A stretch of DNA of 60,748 bases. Source: Candidatus Aminicenantes bacterium. GTDB lineage: Bacteria > Acidobacteriota > Aminicenantia > UBA2199. The notes beneath the pieces are model-generated. The model searched no databases. It saw nothing but the letters and a program-made list of their open reading frames with translations, and was not told the DNA's origin. Positions 9,920 through 19,118 of this stretch are shown in pieces (positions within the stretch are counted from its first letter, which is position 1; each line of letters begins with the position of its first letter). The DNA lies in the NCBI GenBank assembly GCA_030610885.1, contig JAUWQW010000003.1, forward strand, positions 1 through 60,748, written 5' to 3'. The position numbers and the translations under genes were made by a program.

Positions 9920-10687
9920 ATGGCGAGATCTGTCAGATTTGGTCAAAATTTCTTGATAAATAAAAAAGTAGCTGAAAAAATAGCAAAAAATCTCTTTCCA
10001 GTATATGGTACTGTACTCGAAATTGGGCCTGGGGATGGCATTCTGACAGATTTTTTATATAAATATAGAAAAGAAAGTAAAATTATAGCTGTAGAATTTG
10101 ATCAAAAGCTATGTAAAAAGATTGAAGAGAAATATAAATTTAATTTTGAAGCAATGAATGTAAATATTTTGGATATAAAGTTAGGTGATAATTTTCCTGA
10201 TAACAGCATTAATTTGATAAGTAGTGTTCCCTATTATATTTCAAAAGATATAATTGATTGGATTATATTTAATAAAAACAAAATAAAAAAAGGTATTTTA
10301 ATGATGCAAAAAGAATTTGTAAATAAATTGATTGAAAGAGAAGATAGTGCTCAGTCTATTTTATTTAGATTTTTATTTTATTCAAAAAAACTTTTTTATG
10401 TTAACCCAGGTTCCTTTTATCCTCAGCCAAAGGTTGTTTCTTCTGTTTTTTCATTTAGAAAAATCATTAGAGAACAAAAAGAGGAAGTTAATGTTAGAGA
10501 GTTTTATGTTTTTCTAAAAAAATGTTTTATGAATAGGAGAAAGATATTATTAAATAATCTTTCAGATGAATTTAATAGAGAAGGGGCGAAAATAGTATTA
10601 ATAAAAAATAAAATAAATTTGAATGTAAGAGCTGAAGAATTGAAATTAAAGAATTTTTTAGAAATTTATAGGAGTATTTTAAACTAG
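9920..10687 (+). CDS. rsmA: 16S rRNA (adenine1518/1519-N6)-dimethyltransferase
   Basis: N-terminal RFGQNFL and the SAM-binding LEIGPGDGILT. The ATG directly follows the upstream TAA stop. Confidence 0.85.
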   Translation: MARSVRFGQNFLINKKVAEKIAKNLFPVYGTVLEIGPGDGILTDFLYKYRKESKIIAVEFDQKLCKKIEEKYKFNFEAMNVNILDIKLGDNFPDNSINLISSVPYYISKDIIDWIIFNKNKIKKGILMMQKEFVNKLIEREDSAQSILFRFLFYSKKLFYVNPGSFYPQPKVVSSVFSFRKIIREQKEEVNVREFYVFLKKCFMNRRKILLNNLSDEFNREGAKIVLIKNKINLNVRAEELKLKNFLEIYRSILN

Positions 10688-10761
10688 CTGAAAAATATAG
10701 TATATATGATCTTAAAAAAACATATCTAATGTCTAAATTATTTTTTGTCCCAATTTCTTAC

Positions 10762-10790
10762 TTGACAGTATTCATAAAAAAAAATATAAT
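10762..10790 (+). promoter_or_regulatory. Consensus sigma70 promoter for the mrp-like operon (TTGACA-N17-TATAAT)
   Basis: TTGACA at 10762-10767, exactly 17 nt of spacer, then TATAAT at 10785-10790. GAGG at 10831-10834 sits 7 nt before the TTG start at 10842. Confidence 0.6.
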
Positions 10791-10841
10791 ACGACTTATC
10801 TATATCAAAAAAAAAATAAATTTTTTTATTGAGGCAATTTA

Positions 10842-11426
10842 TTGAAGCAGATTTTTATTAAAAATTTAGTTATTCAATTTGTCCTGTTATTTGGATTTTG
10901 GTTACTTTTGAGTGGCCATTATGATTTTTTTCACATTTCAATGGGAGTGTTTTCCTCTTTATTGGTTATTCTAATTAATTTCAAACTAAAACGGTACTTT
11001 TTTTTTCAAGAAGAAATAGATAAAGCTGAAGCAGTGATAAAGGATTATTACCGGGTGAGGATGAATTTTTTTAGATTATTATTTTATATACCATGGTTAT
11101 TATGGCAAATAGTAATTGCGAGCTTGCAAGTTGCCTATGCTGTTCTTTCTCCAAAAATGCCGATTGATCCTTCTATAATTCTCTTTAAAACTAAATTGCC
11201 TTGCACAGTTGCAAAAGTAATTTTGGGAAATTCAATTACATTAACACCCGGGACAATAACAGTGGAGATATCCGGTGATGATTTTATAGTTCATGCTTTA
11301 ATGGATGTATCTTCATCTGGAATTATTTCTGGAACTCTGCCAGAGCAGGTTGCAAAACTTTATGAAAAAAAACCAGGGCAAATAATATCAAATGTTGAAA
11401 TCATAAAATCTAAGGTGGATATATAA
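10842..11426 (+). CDS. mnhE: Mrp/Mnh antiporter subunit E (MbhA-like)
   Basis: The MnhE-type conserved segment ITLTPGTITVE is present. TTG start with a GAGG RBS. This is the first gene of the co-oriented cluster. Confidence 0.7.
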   Translation: MKQIFIKNLVIQFVLLFGFWLLLSGHYDFFHISMGVFSSLLVILINFKLKRYFFFQEEIDKAEAVIKDYYRVRMNFFRLLFYIPWLLWQIVIASLQVAYAVLSPKMPIDPSIILFKTKLPCTVAKVILGNSITLTPGTITVEISGDDFIVHALMDVSSSGIISGTLPEQVAKLYEKKPGQIISNVEIIKSKVDI

Positions 11427-11707
11427 TGCATATGTTTTTTATTTATGTATCGGTTATTTTAAGCATAATTATTTTCATTCCTCTTTATCGTGTTGTAATA
11501 GGTCCTACAATATATGATCGTATGCTTTGTTCCGGTTCAATTGCAACAAGTTCAATGGTTTTAATATTAATGGTGGGATTTATTTTTAACAGAATAGACA
11601 TGTTTATTGACATAGCTATGGCTTATTCATGTCTCAATTTTATTGGAGTTATTGTATTTGCAAAGTATTTAGGTACTTTGGGTTCAAGAAGGAAGAATGG
11701 TATTTAA
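11426..11707 (+). CDS. mnhF: Mrp/Mnh antiporter subunit F (MbhB-like)
   Basis: 93 aa with 3 TM segments and the MrpF-like GPTIYDRM motif. Its start overlaps the mnhE stop (TAATG), with AAGGTGGA upstream. Confidence 0.7.
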   Translation: MHMFFIYVSVILSIIIFIPLYRVVIGPTIYDRMLCSGSIATSSMVLILMVGFIFNRIDMFIDIAMAYSCLNFIGVIVFAKYLGTLGSRRKNGI

Positions 11708-12041
11708 AGATATATTATCAATTATATTTATAAGCTTGGGTGCTTTTTTTATGTTTATAGGAAGTCTAGGTTTAATCCGTCTTCCAGATTTTTACTCAAG
11801 AGCACATGCTACAAGTAAAGTTGATACTCTCGCTATAATATTGGTAATTCTTGGATTAGTTATATATGAGGGATTTTCTGTTAATAGTGCAAAGTTAATC
11901 ATTATAATTACGTTTGTTGCTGTAACAAATCCCACCGCTACAAATGCTCTTGCAAGAGCAGCATACAGGTTTAGATTGAGGCCATGGTTTAAAAAAGATA
12001 AGTCTAAAAAAAAGCAAAAAAAAGATGAACTGGGAAATTGA
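11697..12041 (+). CDS. mnhG: Mrp/Mnh antiporter subunit G (MbhC-like)
   Basis: MnhG-like LIRLPDFYSRAHATSKVDTL followed by a basic C-terminal tail. It overlaps both neighbouring genes. Confidence 0.7.
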   Translation: MVFKDILSIIFISLGAFFMFIGSLGLIRLPDFYSRAHATSKVDTLAIILVILGLVIYEGFSVNSAKLIIIITFVAVTNPTATNALARAAYRFRLRPWFKKDKSKKKQKKDELGN

Positions 12042-12270
12042 AATAGTTTTGTTTGTTTGTTTACTTATTGCAGCTTTTGTATCCTTATATGTAAAAAATT
12101 TACTTACAGCTGTTATCACTTTGAGTGTATTCAGCTTTTTTACAGCATTGATTTATGTTGCTATGGGAGCTATAGATGTAGGGTTTACTGAAGCAGTTGT
12201 TGGCGCAGGTGTTACGGGAGTTTTATTGATAATAACAATTTATAGAACGAGCAGAAGGAGTTCAGATTGA
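12025..12270 (+). CDS. Small Mrp subunit equivalent to the MrpA C-terminal domain (MbhD/DUF4040-like)
   Basis: 81 aa with 3 TM segments and the motif AIDVGFTEAVVGAGVTG, typical of the DUF4040/MbhD family. Its position between the G-like and B-like genes matches that role. Confidence 0.6.
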   Translation: MNWEIEIVLFVCLLIAAFVSLYVKNLLTAVITLSVFSFFTALIYVAMGAIDVGFTEAVVGAGVTGVLLIITIYRTSRRSSD

Positions 12271-12584
12271 AGGTTGTTAATTATTTAATTATGATTGTTT
12301 TTTGTGCTTTAATGATATATGCTTCTCTGGGTTTACCTAATAGGGGTGATGCATACGCAGATCTGAATAAAGAGAAGAGTTTATCGCAAACTCCAAATGC
12401 TGCTTCATATTATATTCATAATGCTAAAAAAGACGCAAAAACAGAAAATATGGTTACTGTTATACTGGCAGATTATAGAGGGTATGATACTTTAGGAGAA
12501 GAAACTGTTATTTTTACAGCTGGTTTGGTTTGTTTCCTTTTATTAAGAAAAGAGAAAAAAAAGAATGGAAAGAAAAAAAGATAA
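12267..12584 (+). CDS. Small Mrp subunit (MbhE-like)
   Basis: NMVTVILADYRGYDTLGEETV matches the conserved MnhB-associated/MbhE segment. The TTG start overlaps the upstream TGA stop (TTGA), with GGAG 6 nt upstream. Confidence 0.55.
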   Translation: MKVVNYLIMIVFCALMIYASLGLPNRGDAYADLNKEKSLSQTPNAASYYIHNAKKDAKTENMVTVILADYRGYDTLGEETVIFTAGLVCFLLLRKEKKKNGKKKR

Positions 12585-13002
12585 TCCAATTGTTTCATTG
12601 GTGAGTCGCACAGTTTCACCCTTTATCATGTTATTTGCATTGTATGTTATATTTCATGGTCATTATAGCCCGGGAGGAGGTTTTCAGGGCGGCACTATGT
12701 TAGCAGCTGCTTTTATATTAATCCGATTATCTTTGGGTATGGAAATTTCTCAGCTTCAATTTAAAAGTAGATGGGCAACACCTTTAGGCTCAGCTGGAGT
12801 ATTGATATATTTTGGTACTGGATTAGTTGCTCTATTATTCGGTGGAAATTTTCTTGATTACGGGTTCATCCCAATTGCTGAAGCTGTGGCTGAGCGTAGA
12901 TCAATAGGTATTTTATGTATTGAAATTGGAGTTGCAATTGCAGTTATGGCTATTATTGTTTCAATTTATGATGATTTATTAGAGGGTAGTTCAGATGATT
13001 GA
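12565..13002 (+). CDS. mnhB: Mrp/Mnh antiporter subunit B (MbhF-like)
   Basis: MnhB hallmark HGHYSPGGGFQGG, with 4 predicted TM segments. Confidence 0.7.
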   Translation: MERKKDNPIVSLVSRTVSPFIMLFALYVIFHGHYSPGGGFQGGTMLAAAFILIRLSLGMEISQLQFKSRWATPLGSAGVLIYFGTGLVALLFGGNFLDYGFIPIAEAVAERRSIGILCIEIGVAIAVMAIIVSIYDDLLEGSSDD

Positions 13003-13378
13003 TTTCTTTTTGGGTCATTATGGTTATTGGTTTGCGATTTTATTGATGTGTCTTGGTCTTTATGGAGCTATAATGAAGAAAAATCTGATAAAGAAATTAA
13101 TAGGCATAACCATCTTTCAAACATCTATTATTATCTTCTTTGTTGCAAGTTCTTCTAAATGGGGTGCAACAGTACCTATTTTTGATGAGAAAATAGGTGT
13201 TGCGAACACAGCAAAATACATAAATCCCTTACCGCATACTCTTATGCTAACCGCAATTGTTGTAGGTGTTGCTACTATGGGTGTTGCATTTGCTCTGGTT
13301 ATATCTATATTCCAGAAATATAAAACTCTGGACGAATCTGTTTTACTAAAAAGGATGAAAAAAGATAATGATAGCTAG
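12995..13378 (+). CDS. mnhC: Mrp/Mnh antiporter subunit C (NuoK-like, MbhG-like)
   Basis: 127 aa with 3 TM segments. The NuoK/MnhC-like N-terminal helix pair includes KKNLIKKLIGITIFQTS. Confidence 0.7.
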   Translation: MIDFFLGHYGYWFAILLMCLGLYGAIMKKNLIKKLIGITIFQTSIIIFFVASSSKWGATVPIFDEKIGVANTAKYINPLPHTLMLTAIVVGVATMGVAFALVISIFQKYKTLDESVLLKRMKKDNDS

Positions 13379-14870
13379 TAATTCAGCTGCTTTAACTCCT
13401 TTAATTTTATTATTTATGGCTATTTCAATTCCTTTAGTAGCATTGAAAAAGAAGCAAATTGCATTTTTTATGGTTATGATTGCAACTTCTATTTCTGTTA
13501 TTATCTCTTTTTATAATATTTTTAGGGTTTTAAAGGTTGGTACTATTCACTATCACTTTGGTGGATGGATACCACCTATTGGAATTGAGTATGTTTTGGA
13601 TCCTTTATCTAGTTTTATATGTTTAGTTATTAATGTAATTGCTCTTTTAGTCCTTATTCATTCAAAGAAGATTATTGAAATGGAATCAAAAATAAAGAGC
13701 GTACCTTATTATGCCCTTGTTCTTTTAATGCTTTGTGGATTTAATGGAATTATTTTAACTGGAGATTTGTTCAATCTTTATGTTTTTTTAGAGATATGTT
13801 CTTTGTCTATGTATGGATTAATTTCAGTTGGAGAAAAGCAAGCTCCAGTATCTGCTTTTAGGTACCTAATTATTGGAGCAGTTGGCAGCTCTTTTTATTT
13901 GTTGGGAGTTGGATTTCTATATATAACAACCGGATCTCTTAATATGGTTGATGTAAGAAGTATTGTTCCACACCTTTATAATGAACCTACTATTATTGTT
14001 GCAATTTCTCTTATGGTAATAGGGTTTGGTATTAAAATGGCTGTATTTCCTTTTCATGGTTGGTTACCGGATGCGTATACTTATGCTCCTACAACGAGTT
14101 CTGCTTTAATAGCACCTACAGGAACCAAGATTGGTGCTTATGCTATGTTACGTATTTTATTTTTTGTTTTTGGTGTTAATTATATTAGTGAAACTCTTCA
14201 TATTACAGATATTTTAGCCTGGCTTTCGGCTATAGGTATTGTTTATGGTTCGATCATGGCTATTTCTCAGAAAGAGATGAAGAGAATGTTGGCTTATAGT
14301 AGTGTTTCTCAGATAGGTTATATTGGATTAGGAATTGGTCTATGTAATCCAATGGGTTTGATCGGAGCAGTTCTACACGTGATGAACCATGCTATTATGA
14401 AAGCCTGTTTGTTTTTAGTGGCTGGGAATTATAGAGTTAAATTAGGTCATTCAAATATATTTAAATTAAGTGATAATATAAGAAAAAAGATGCCCTGGAC
14501 AACTGCTGCATTTACAGTGGGTGCTCTTTCTATGGTTGGTATACCTCCAACAGTCGGGTTTTTTAGCAAATGGTATTTAGTATTGGGAACAATTAAAAAC
14601 TCAAGCTGGGTCTTTTTAGCAGTTCTTCTAATCAGTAGTCTGTTAAATGCTATTTATTTTTTCAGAGTACTTGAAAAGGTATATTTAAAGCCAATAAGAT
14701 CTACTAATTTAGAAGAATTGAATATACCTGAAAATAATAAAAGAGATGAAGTTAGCTCATCTGCTTTAATACCGGTTTTGATTTTAGCAATAGCTATAAT
14801 TGTACTTGGATTACTAAATACAATTATTGTAAAAGGGATCATTGAGAAGATGATTCCTGCTGGAATGTAA
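13368..14870 (+). CDS. mnhD: Antiporter-like subunit, MrpD/NuoM-N family (copy 1)
   Basis: Proton_antipo_M-type core: HGWLPDAYTYAPTTSSALIAPTGTKIGAY and HAIMKACLFL. 500 aa and polytopic. Confidence 0.8.
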   Translation: MIASNSAALTPLILLFMAISIPLVALKKKQIAFFMVMIATSISVIISFYNIFRVLKVGTIHYHFGGWIPPIGIEYVLDPLSSFICLVINVIALLVLIHSKKIIEMESKIKSVPYYALVLLMLCGFNGIILTGDLFNLYVFLEICSLSMYGLISVGEKQAPVSAFRYLIIGAVGSSFYLLGVGFLYITTGSLNMVDVRSIVPHLYNEPTIIVAISLMVIGFGIKMAVFPFHGWLPDAYTYAPTTSSALIAPTGTKIGAYAMLRILFFVFGVNYISETLHITDILAWLSAIGIVYGSIMAISQKEMKRMLAYSSVSQIGYIGLGIGLCNPMGLIGAVLHVMNHAIMKACLFLVAGNYRVKLGHSNIFKLSDNIRKKMPWTTAAFTVGALSMVGIPPTVGFFSKWYLVLGTIKNSSWVFLAVLLISSLLNAIYFFRVLEKVYLKPIRSTNLEELNIPENNKRDEVSSSALIPVLILAIAIIVLGLLNTIIVKGIIEKMIPAGM

Positions 14871-14880
14871 AGATATTAAA

Positions 14881-16383
14881 ATGAATATACAAAGTGTTTA
14901 TACTTCTTTTATTCCTCTTTATGCTGTTCTGGTTTCTTTAATAGCTGTCCCTCTAATTATATTAAGCTCAAAAAAAAGAAATTTGCGAGAATTTTGGACT
15001 ATTGCTGCGAGTTTAATAAAATTTGGTCTGGTTGTTTCTCTTGTTCCAAATGCCCTTCTAAATAAAGCTGCTGAATTAAGTATAGTTGAAATTTCTCCAG
15101 GCATTGAACTAGCATTAAAAGCAGACCCTTTTGGTGTGTTTTTTGCTTTGGTTGCTTCAGGTCTTTGGATTTTTACATCATTTTATTCAATAGGGTATGT
15201 TCGTGGATTAAAAGACCGCAAGCAAACTCGTTACTTTTCTTATTTTGCCATTTGTCTTTCATCTACTATTGGAGTTGCATTTGCTGCAAATTTGCTTACA
15301 TTTGTTGTGTTTTATGAAATATTAACAATAGCTACATATCCTTTAGTAATACATAAAGAGGATGAGAAATCTATAAAAGCAGGTAGAAAGTATCTTGTTT
15401 ATACTTTAACAGCAGGATCATTATTAATTGCTGCAACTGCTGTAACTTATCAAATAACGAATAATCTTGATTTTAAAGCAGGTGGAATATTTGAGAATAT
15501 TGTATTATCTCCAAATATGGCATGGGTTTTGTTTTTACTGTTCTTGGGAGGTGTAGGTGTAAAGGCATCTATTATGCCTTTGCATAGCTGGTTGCCAACT
15601 GCAATGGCAGCGCCTACACCAGTAAGTGCTCTTTTACATGCTGTTGCTGTTGTTAAATCCGGTGTTTTTGGTGTTGTAAGAGTTGTATGTTTTGTGTTTG
15701 GGCCAAAACTTATGTATGAATTAGGATTAAATAAGATATTGATTGTTTTTGCTGGTTTCACTATTATTGTTGCGTCTTTAATGGCTTTAAAACAGGATAA
15801 CCTGAAGAGAAGATTAGCTTACTCTACAATTAGTCATCTATCATATATTGTCTTAGGGGCCGGATTGGTATCTTCAGCAGCAATTTTGGGCGCTATAATG
15901 CATATTGCATTTCATGCTGTGATGAAGATCACTCTGTTTTTTTGTGCGGGTGCAATTTATGTTAACCTTCACAAAGAAAATATAAGTGAACTAAATGGAG
16001 TTGGAAAAGTAATGCCATGGACTATGGGGGCTTTTGCTGTAGGAGCAATTGGATTGACTGGAATACCTCCAGTAAATGGATTTGTGAGTAAATGGTACCT
16101 TGGGTTGGGTGCTTTGCAAACGAATAATTTAATTGCATTGATAATTCTTATAATAAGTGGGTTGTTAAATGCAGCATATTTTTTCCCGATTGTTCATCGT
16201 GCTTTTTTTAGAACTGGTGAAGGCTTAGAGGGTAAAAAGGAGGCTTCTCCCTTTATGGTAGTCCCATTGGTAATAACAGCTATATTGGCAGTGTTACTGG
16301 GAATTTGTCCTGATTTCCTTTTTGATTTTTATCATCTTGCACTAAGGGTTGTTACTAATGTTTTTGGAGGAATTAGCTTATGA
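14881..16383 (+). CDS. mnhD: Antiporter-like subunit, MrpD/NuoM-N family (copy 2)
   Basis: Core motifs HSWLPTAMAAPTPVSALLHAVAVVKSG and FHAVMKITLFFCAG. 500 aa. Confidence 0.8.
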   Translation: MNIQSVYTSFIPLYAVLVSLIAVPLIILSSKKRNLREFWTIAASLIKFGLVVSLVPNALLNKAAELSIVEISPGIELALKADPFGVFFALVASGLWIFTSFYSIGYVRGLKDRKQTRYFSYFAICLSSTIGVAFAANLLTFVVFYEILTIATYPLVIHKEDEKSIKAGRKYLVYTLTAGSLLIAATAVTYQITNNLDFKAGGIFENIVLSPNMAWVLFLLFLGGVGVKASIMPLHSWLPTAMAAPTPVSALLHAVAVVKSGVFGVVRVVCFVFGPKLMYELGLNKILIVFAGFTIIVASLMALKQDNLKRRLAYSTISHLSYIVLGAGLVSSAAILGAIMHIAFHAVMKITLFFCAGAIYVNLHKENISELNGVGKVMPWTMGAFAVGAIGLTGIPPVNGFVSKWYLGLGALQTNNLIALIILIISGLLNAAYFFPIVHRAFFRTGEGLEGKKEASPFMVVPLVITAILAVLLGICPDFLFDFYHLALRVVTNVFGGISL

Positions 16384-16604
16384 AGAAACATTGGTTCTGG
16401 ATTTCTTTGATCTTGTTAACAATTGTTTCACTATTTTTTGAATTTACAATGTCTCATAATTCCGAACATCATAACTGGTGGAGCAGTATTCCAGCTTTCT
16501 GGGTCATTTTTGGTTTTTTGGGTTGTGCACTCCTTGTCATTTTTTCAAAAACTATTGGTAAACTATTTTTAGATAGAAAAGAGGATTATTATGATGATAA
16601 ATGA
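16380..16604 (+). CDS. Small 2-TM membrane protein embedded in the mrp-like cluster
   Basis: 74 aa. Its ATG overlaps the upstream stop (ATGA) and its 3' end overlaps the next gene by 14 nt. It has two hydrophobic helices flanking HNSEHHNWW, and no family was recognised. Confidence 0.5.
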   Translation: MKKHWFWISLILLTIVSLFFEFTMSHNSEHHNWWSSIPAFWVIFGFLGCALLVIFSKTIGKLFLDRKEDYYDDK

Positions 16605-18318
16605 ATTAGTAATGTCTCCTGCAATTATATTAATTATCGGAGCTTTTGTTCTGCCTCTACTTAGGAAGAAGATTCGTTCTTTTGCTTTTTTATTTTTTAC
16701 ATTTTTAACTCTTTTTTACATTTGGAATCTTTCAGATGGAGCTATCCAAATAGCTCATGTTATGAACTATTCTCTAATACTTTGTAAGGTTGATGCTTTA
16801 AGCAGAGTTTTTGGAATTATATTTTCATTTATAGCTTTTGCTGGCGGAATTTACGCTTTTCATATAAAAGAAACAGGCCAGCAGTCAGCTGCTCTTTTAT
16901 ATGCTGCTGGAGCTATTGGTGTCTGTTTTGCAGGTGATCTCTTTACTCTTTTTATTTTCTGGGAATCAATGGGTTTTACTTCACTTTATTTAATTTGGGC
17001 GAGACGTACGAAGGAGTCACGGGAATCAGGATTTAGATACTTAATATACCATGTTTTTGGTGGAGGAATGCTATTTATTGGTATACTTATGCATATTTCT
17101 GAGACTGGGAATATAATGATAACAAGATTATTTTCAGGCGGGTCAATTTCTTCGTGGTTTATCTTACTTGGAGTAGCTATAAACGCTGCAATTCCTCCTC
17201 TACATACATGGCTTTCTGATGCATATCCTAAAGCTACAATAACGGGTGCTGTGTTACTGAGTGCTTTAACAACAAAATCAGCTGTTTATGTTCTTATTAG
17301 AATGTTTCCTGGATGGGACATTTTAGTGGTTTTGGGTGTGATAATGAGTATACACGGTGTTGTTTTTGCTGTTTTATCAAATAATATTCGCGGCATTCTT
17401 TCTTACCATATTATGAGTCAGGTAGGATACATGGTTGCAGGTGTAGGTATTGGTTCGGCAATGGCTTTGAATGGAGCAACAGCTCTTGCTATCTCTAATG
17501 TTTTATATAAAGCAACTCTGTTTATGGGTACAGGAGTTGTTTTGTATACAACAGGGAAGGATAAGTTGAATGAGCTTGGAGGATTAGTAAAATCACAACG
17601 CCTAACAATGTGTTTATATATGATCGCTGCTCTTGCAATTTCAGGGGCACCTCTGCTTAATGGCTTTGTTAGCAAATCCCTGGTGATTGGTTCAGCTGGA
17701 GAAGCGAATCATAATATTGCAATGCTTTTATTACATCTTGCTTCTGTTGGAACATTTTTGAGCGTGGGATTAAAGCTACCTTATTTTACATGGTTTTCAA
17801 AACCTAAAGATAAAAATCTTGTTGTAAAAGCCACACCTAAAAATATGTATATAGCAATGGTAATCGTAAACCTCTTATGTATATTGTATGGTATAATGCC
17901 ATCACTTTTATATAAATTACTTCCATTCCCTGTTCATTTTAAACCATATAACATGCATCATCTTGTTGAAACTGTTCAAGTATTAACATTCACTTTCATT
18001 GCTTTTTGGCTGCTTAGGAAAAAGCTCAAACCACATAAGGGTATATTCTTAGATTTTGATTGGTTTTACAGAAGACCAGCAAAATTGGCAAAAAGAATTT
18101 TTGTTGATTCAGTAGCTGTGGTTTTTGATAAAGCAGATAAAGCAGTAGAATATGTTACGAAGAAGAGTGTTGAATTCGGGCGTAATCCATACATTATTTT
18201 TGGAAAATTTAATTCAGAAAAGACTTATACTCCGGATAAATATAGACCTCCAATTAGATTATTGTTGTTATCTATATTGGCTGCTTTTATTTTTATTTAT
18301 ATAATAGGATTGTTTTAG
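16591..18318 (+). CDS. Antiporter-like subunit, NuoL/MrpA-N-terminal-domain type (copy 3) with a C-terminal lateral-helix-like extension
   Basis: Core motif HTWLSDAYPKATITGAVLLSALTTKSAVY. After the polytopic core come about 70 charged/amphipathic residues (RRPAKLAKRIFVDSVAVVFDKADKAVEYVTKK...) and a final TM segment (LLLLSILAAFIFIYIIGLF). Confidence 0.7.
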   Translation: MMINELVMSPAIILIIGAFVLPLLRKKIRSFAFLFFTFLTLFYIWNLSDGAIQIAHVMNYSLILCKVDALSRVFGIIFSFIAFAGGIYAFHIKETGQQSAALLYAAGAIGVCFAGDLFTLFIFWESMGFTSLYLIWARRTKESRESGFRYLIYHVFGGGMLFIGILMHISETGNIMITRLFSGGSISSWFILLGVAINAAIPPLHTWLSDAYPKATITGAVLLSALTTKSAVYVLIRMFPGWDILVVLGVIMSIHGVVFAVLSNNIRGILSYHIMSQVGYMVAGVGIGSAMALNGATALAISNVLYKATLFMGTGVVLYTTGKDKLNELGGLVKSQRLTMCLYMIAALAISGAPLLNGFVSKSLVIGSAGEANHNIAMLLLHLASVGTFLSVGLKLPYFTWFSKPKDKNLVVKATPKNMYIAMVIVNLLCILYGIMPSLLYKLLPFPVHFKPYNMHHLVETVQVLTFTFIAFWLLRKKLKPHKGIFLDFDWFYRRPAKLAKRIFVDSVAVVFDKADKAVEYVTKKSVEFGRNPYIIFGKFNSEKTYTPDKYRPPIRLLLLSILAAFIFIYIIGLF

Positions 18319-18331
18319 TAATACCAGTTTT

Positions 18332-19030
18332 CTAAGGAGTTTCTTTTATAAAAACGTCAATTTCGTAATCATCAAGAACCTTTTTATATTTTTCAGTTTT
18401 TGACCTTGATTGAATTTTTGATGATACAACTTTATAAAAGCCATTTGTAAAGCAGATGCTGAATTTTAGTTCTGGTAAAATTGATCTTACTTTATTTAAT
18501 ATTTCATCTGCATTGAGCTTAATTGTAAATGCTCCAGCTTGAATATAGTAGTTAGGGCTATAAGTATATATCTCATTGTTTTTTATTATATCAGTACATT
18601 TTATTATTCTTATATTAACAGGAGCTGTACCTATTTTGTCAATGTCAATTTTTTTTGCAGCTTTAAATGAAAGGTCAATTATTCGATTTTTAACAAAAGG
18701 TCCTCTGTCATTAATTCTTACAATAACCCTTTTGTTATTCTCTAAATTTTCAACCTCAATTAATGTATTAAAAGGTAGTTTTTTATGAGCTGCTGTTAAT
18801 TTATTCATATCATAAATTTCGCCATTTGAGGTTCTTTTCCCATGAAATTTATCTCCATACCAGGAAGCAATTCCTTTTTGATAAATGATTTTGCTTGAAA
18901 TTATATTTTCTTTTTTAGGCTTATGTTCGAGTTTTATAGGTTTAGATTCTTTCATAGAACAGAAATTAAGAAATAATATTATAATAAATATGAAAAAAAC
19001 AAATTTTGACTTCAAAATATATTTTATCAA
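18332..19030 (-). CDS. rlpA: Septal-ring lytic transglycosylase RlpA family lipoprotein with a C-terminal SPOR-like domain
   Basis: DPBB motif block ASWYGDKFHGKRTSNGEIYDMNKLTAAHKKLPFNTLIEVENL...VRINDRGPF. Lipobox-like LNFCS. A C-terminal YYIQAGAF SPOR-like segment. The TTG start is uncertain. Confidence 0.8.
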   Translation of the reverse strand: MIKYILKSKFVFFIFIIILFLNFCSMKESKPIKLEHKPKKENIISSKIIYQKGIASWYGDKFHGKRTSNGEIYDMNKLTAAHKKLPFNTLIEVENLENNKRVIVRINDRGPFVKNRIIDLSFKAAKKIDIDKIGTAPVNIRIIKCTDIIKNNEIYTYSPNYYIQAGAFTIKLNADEILNKVRSILPELKFSICFTNGFYKVVSSKIQSRSKTEKYKKVLDDYEIDVFIKETP

Positions 19031-19118
19031 AATAAATATAAATAATAAAGTCTGAATTGACTCAAAAAAAATCTATATGAAACAGGTATCGTTCCCTCAT
19101 ATAAAAATAAAAAATTAG

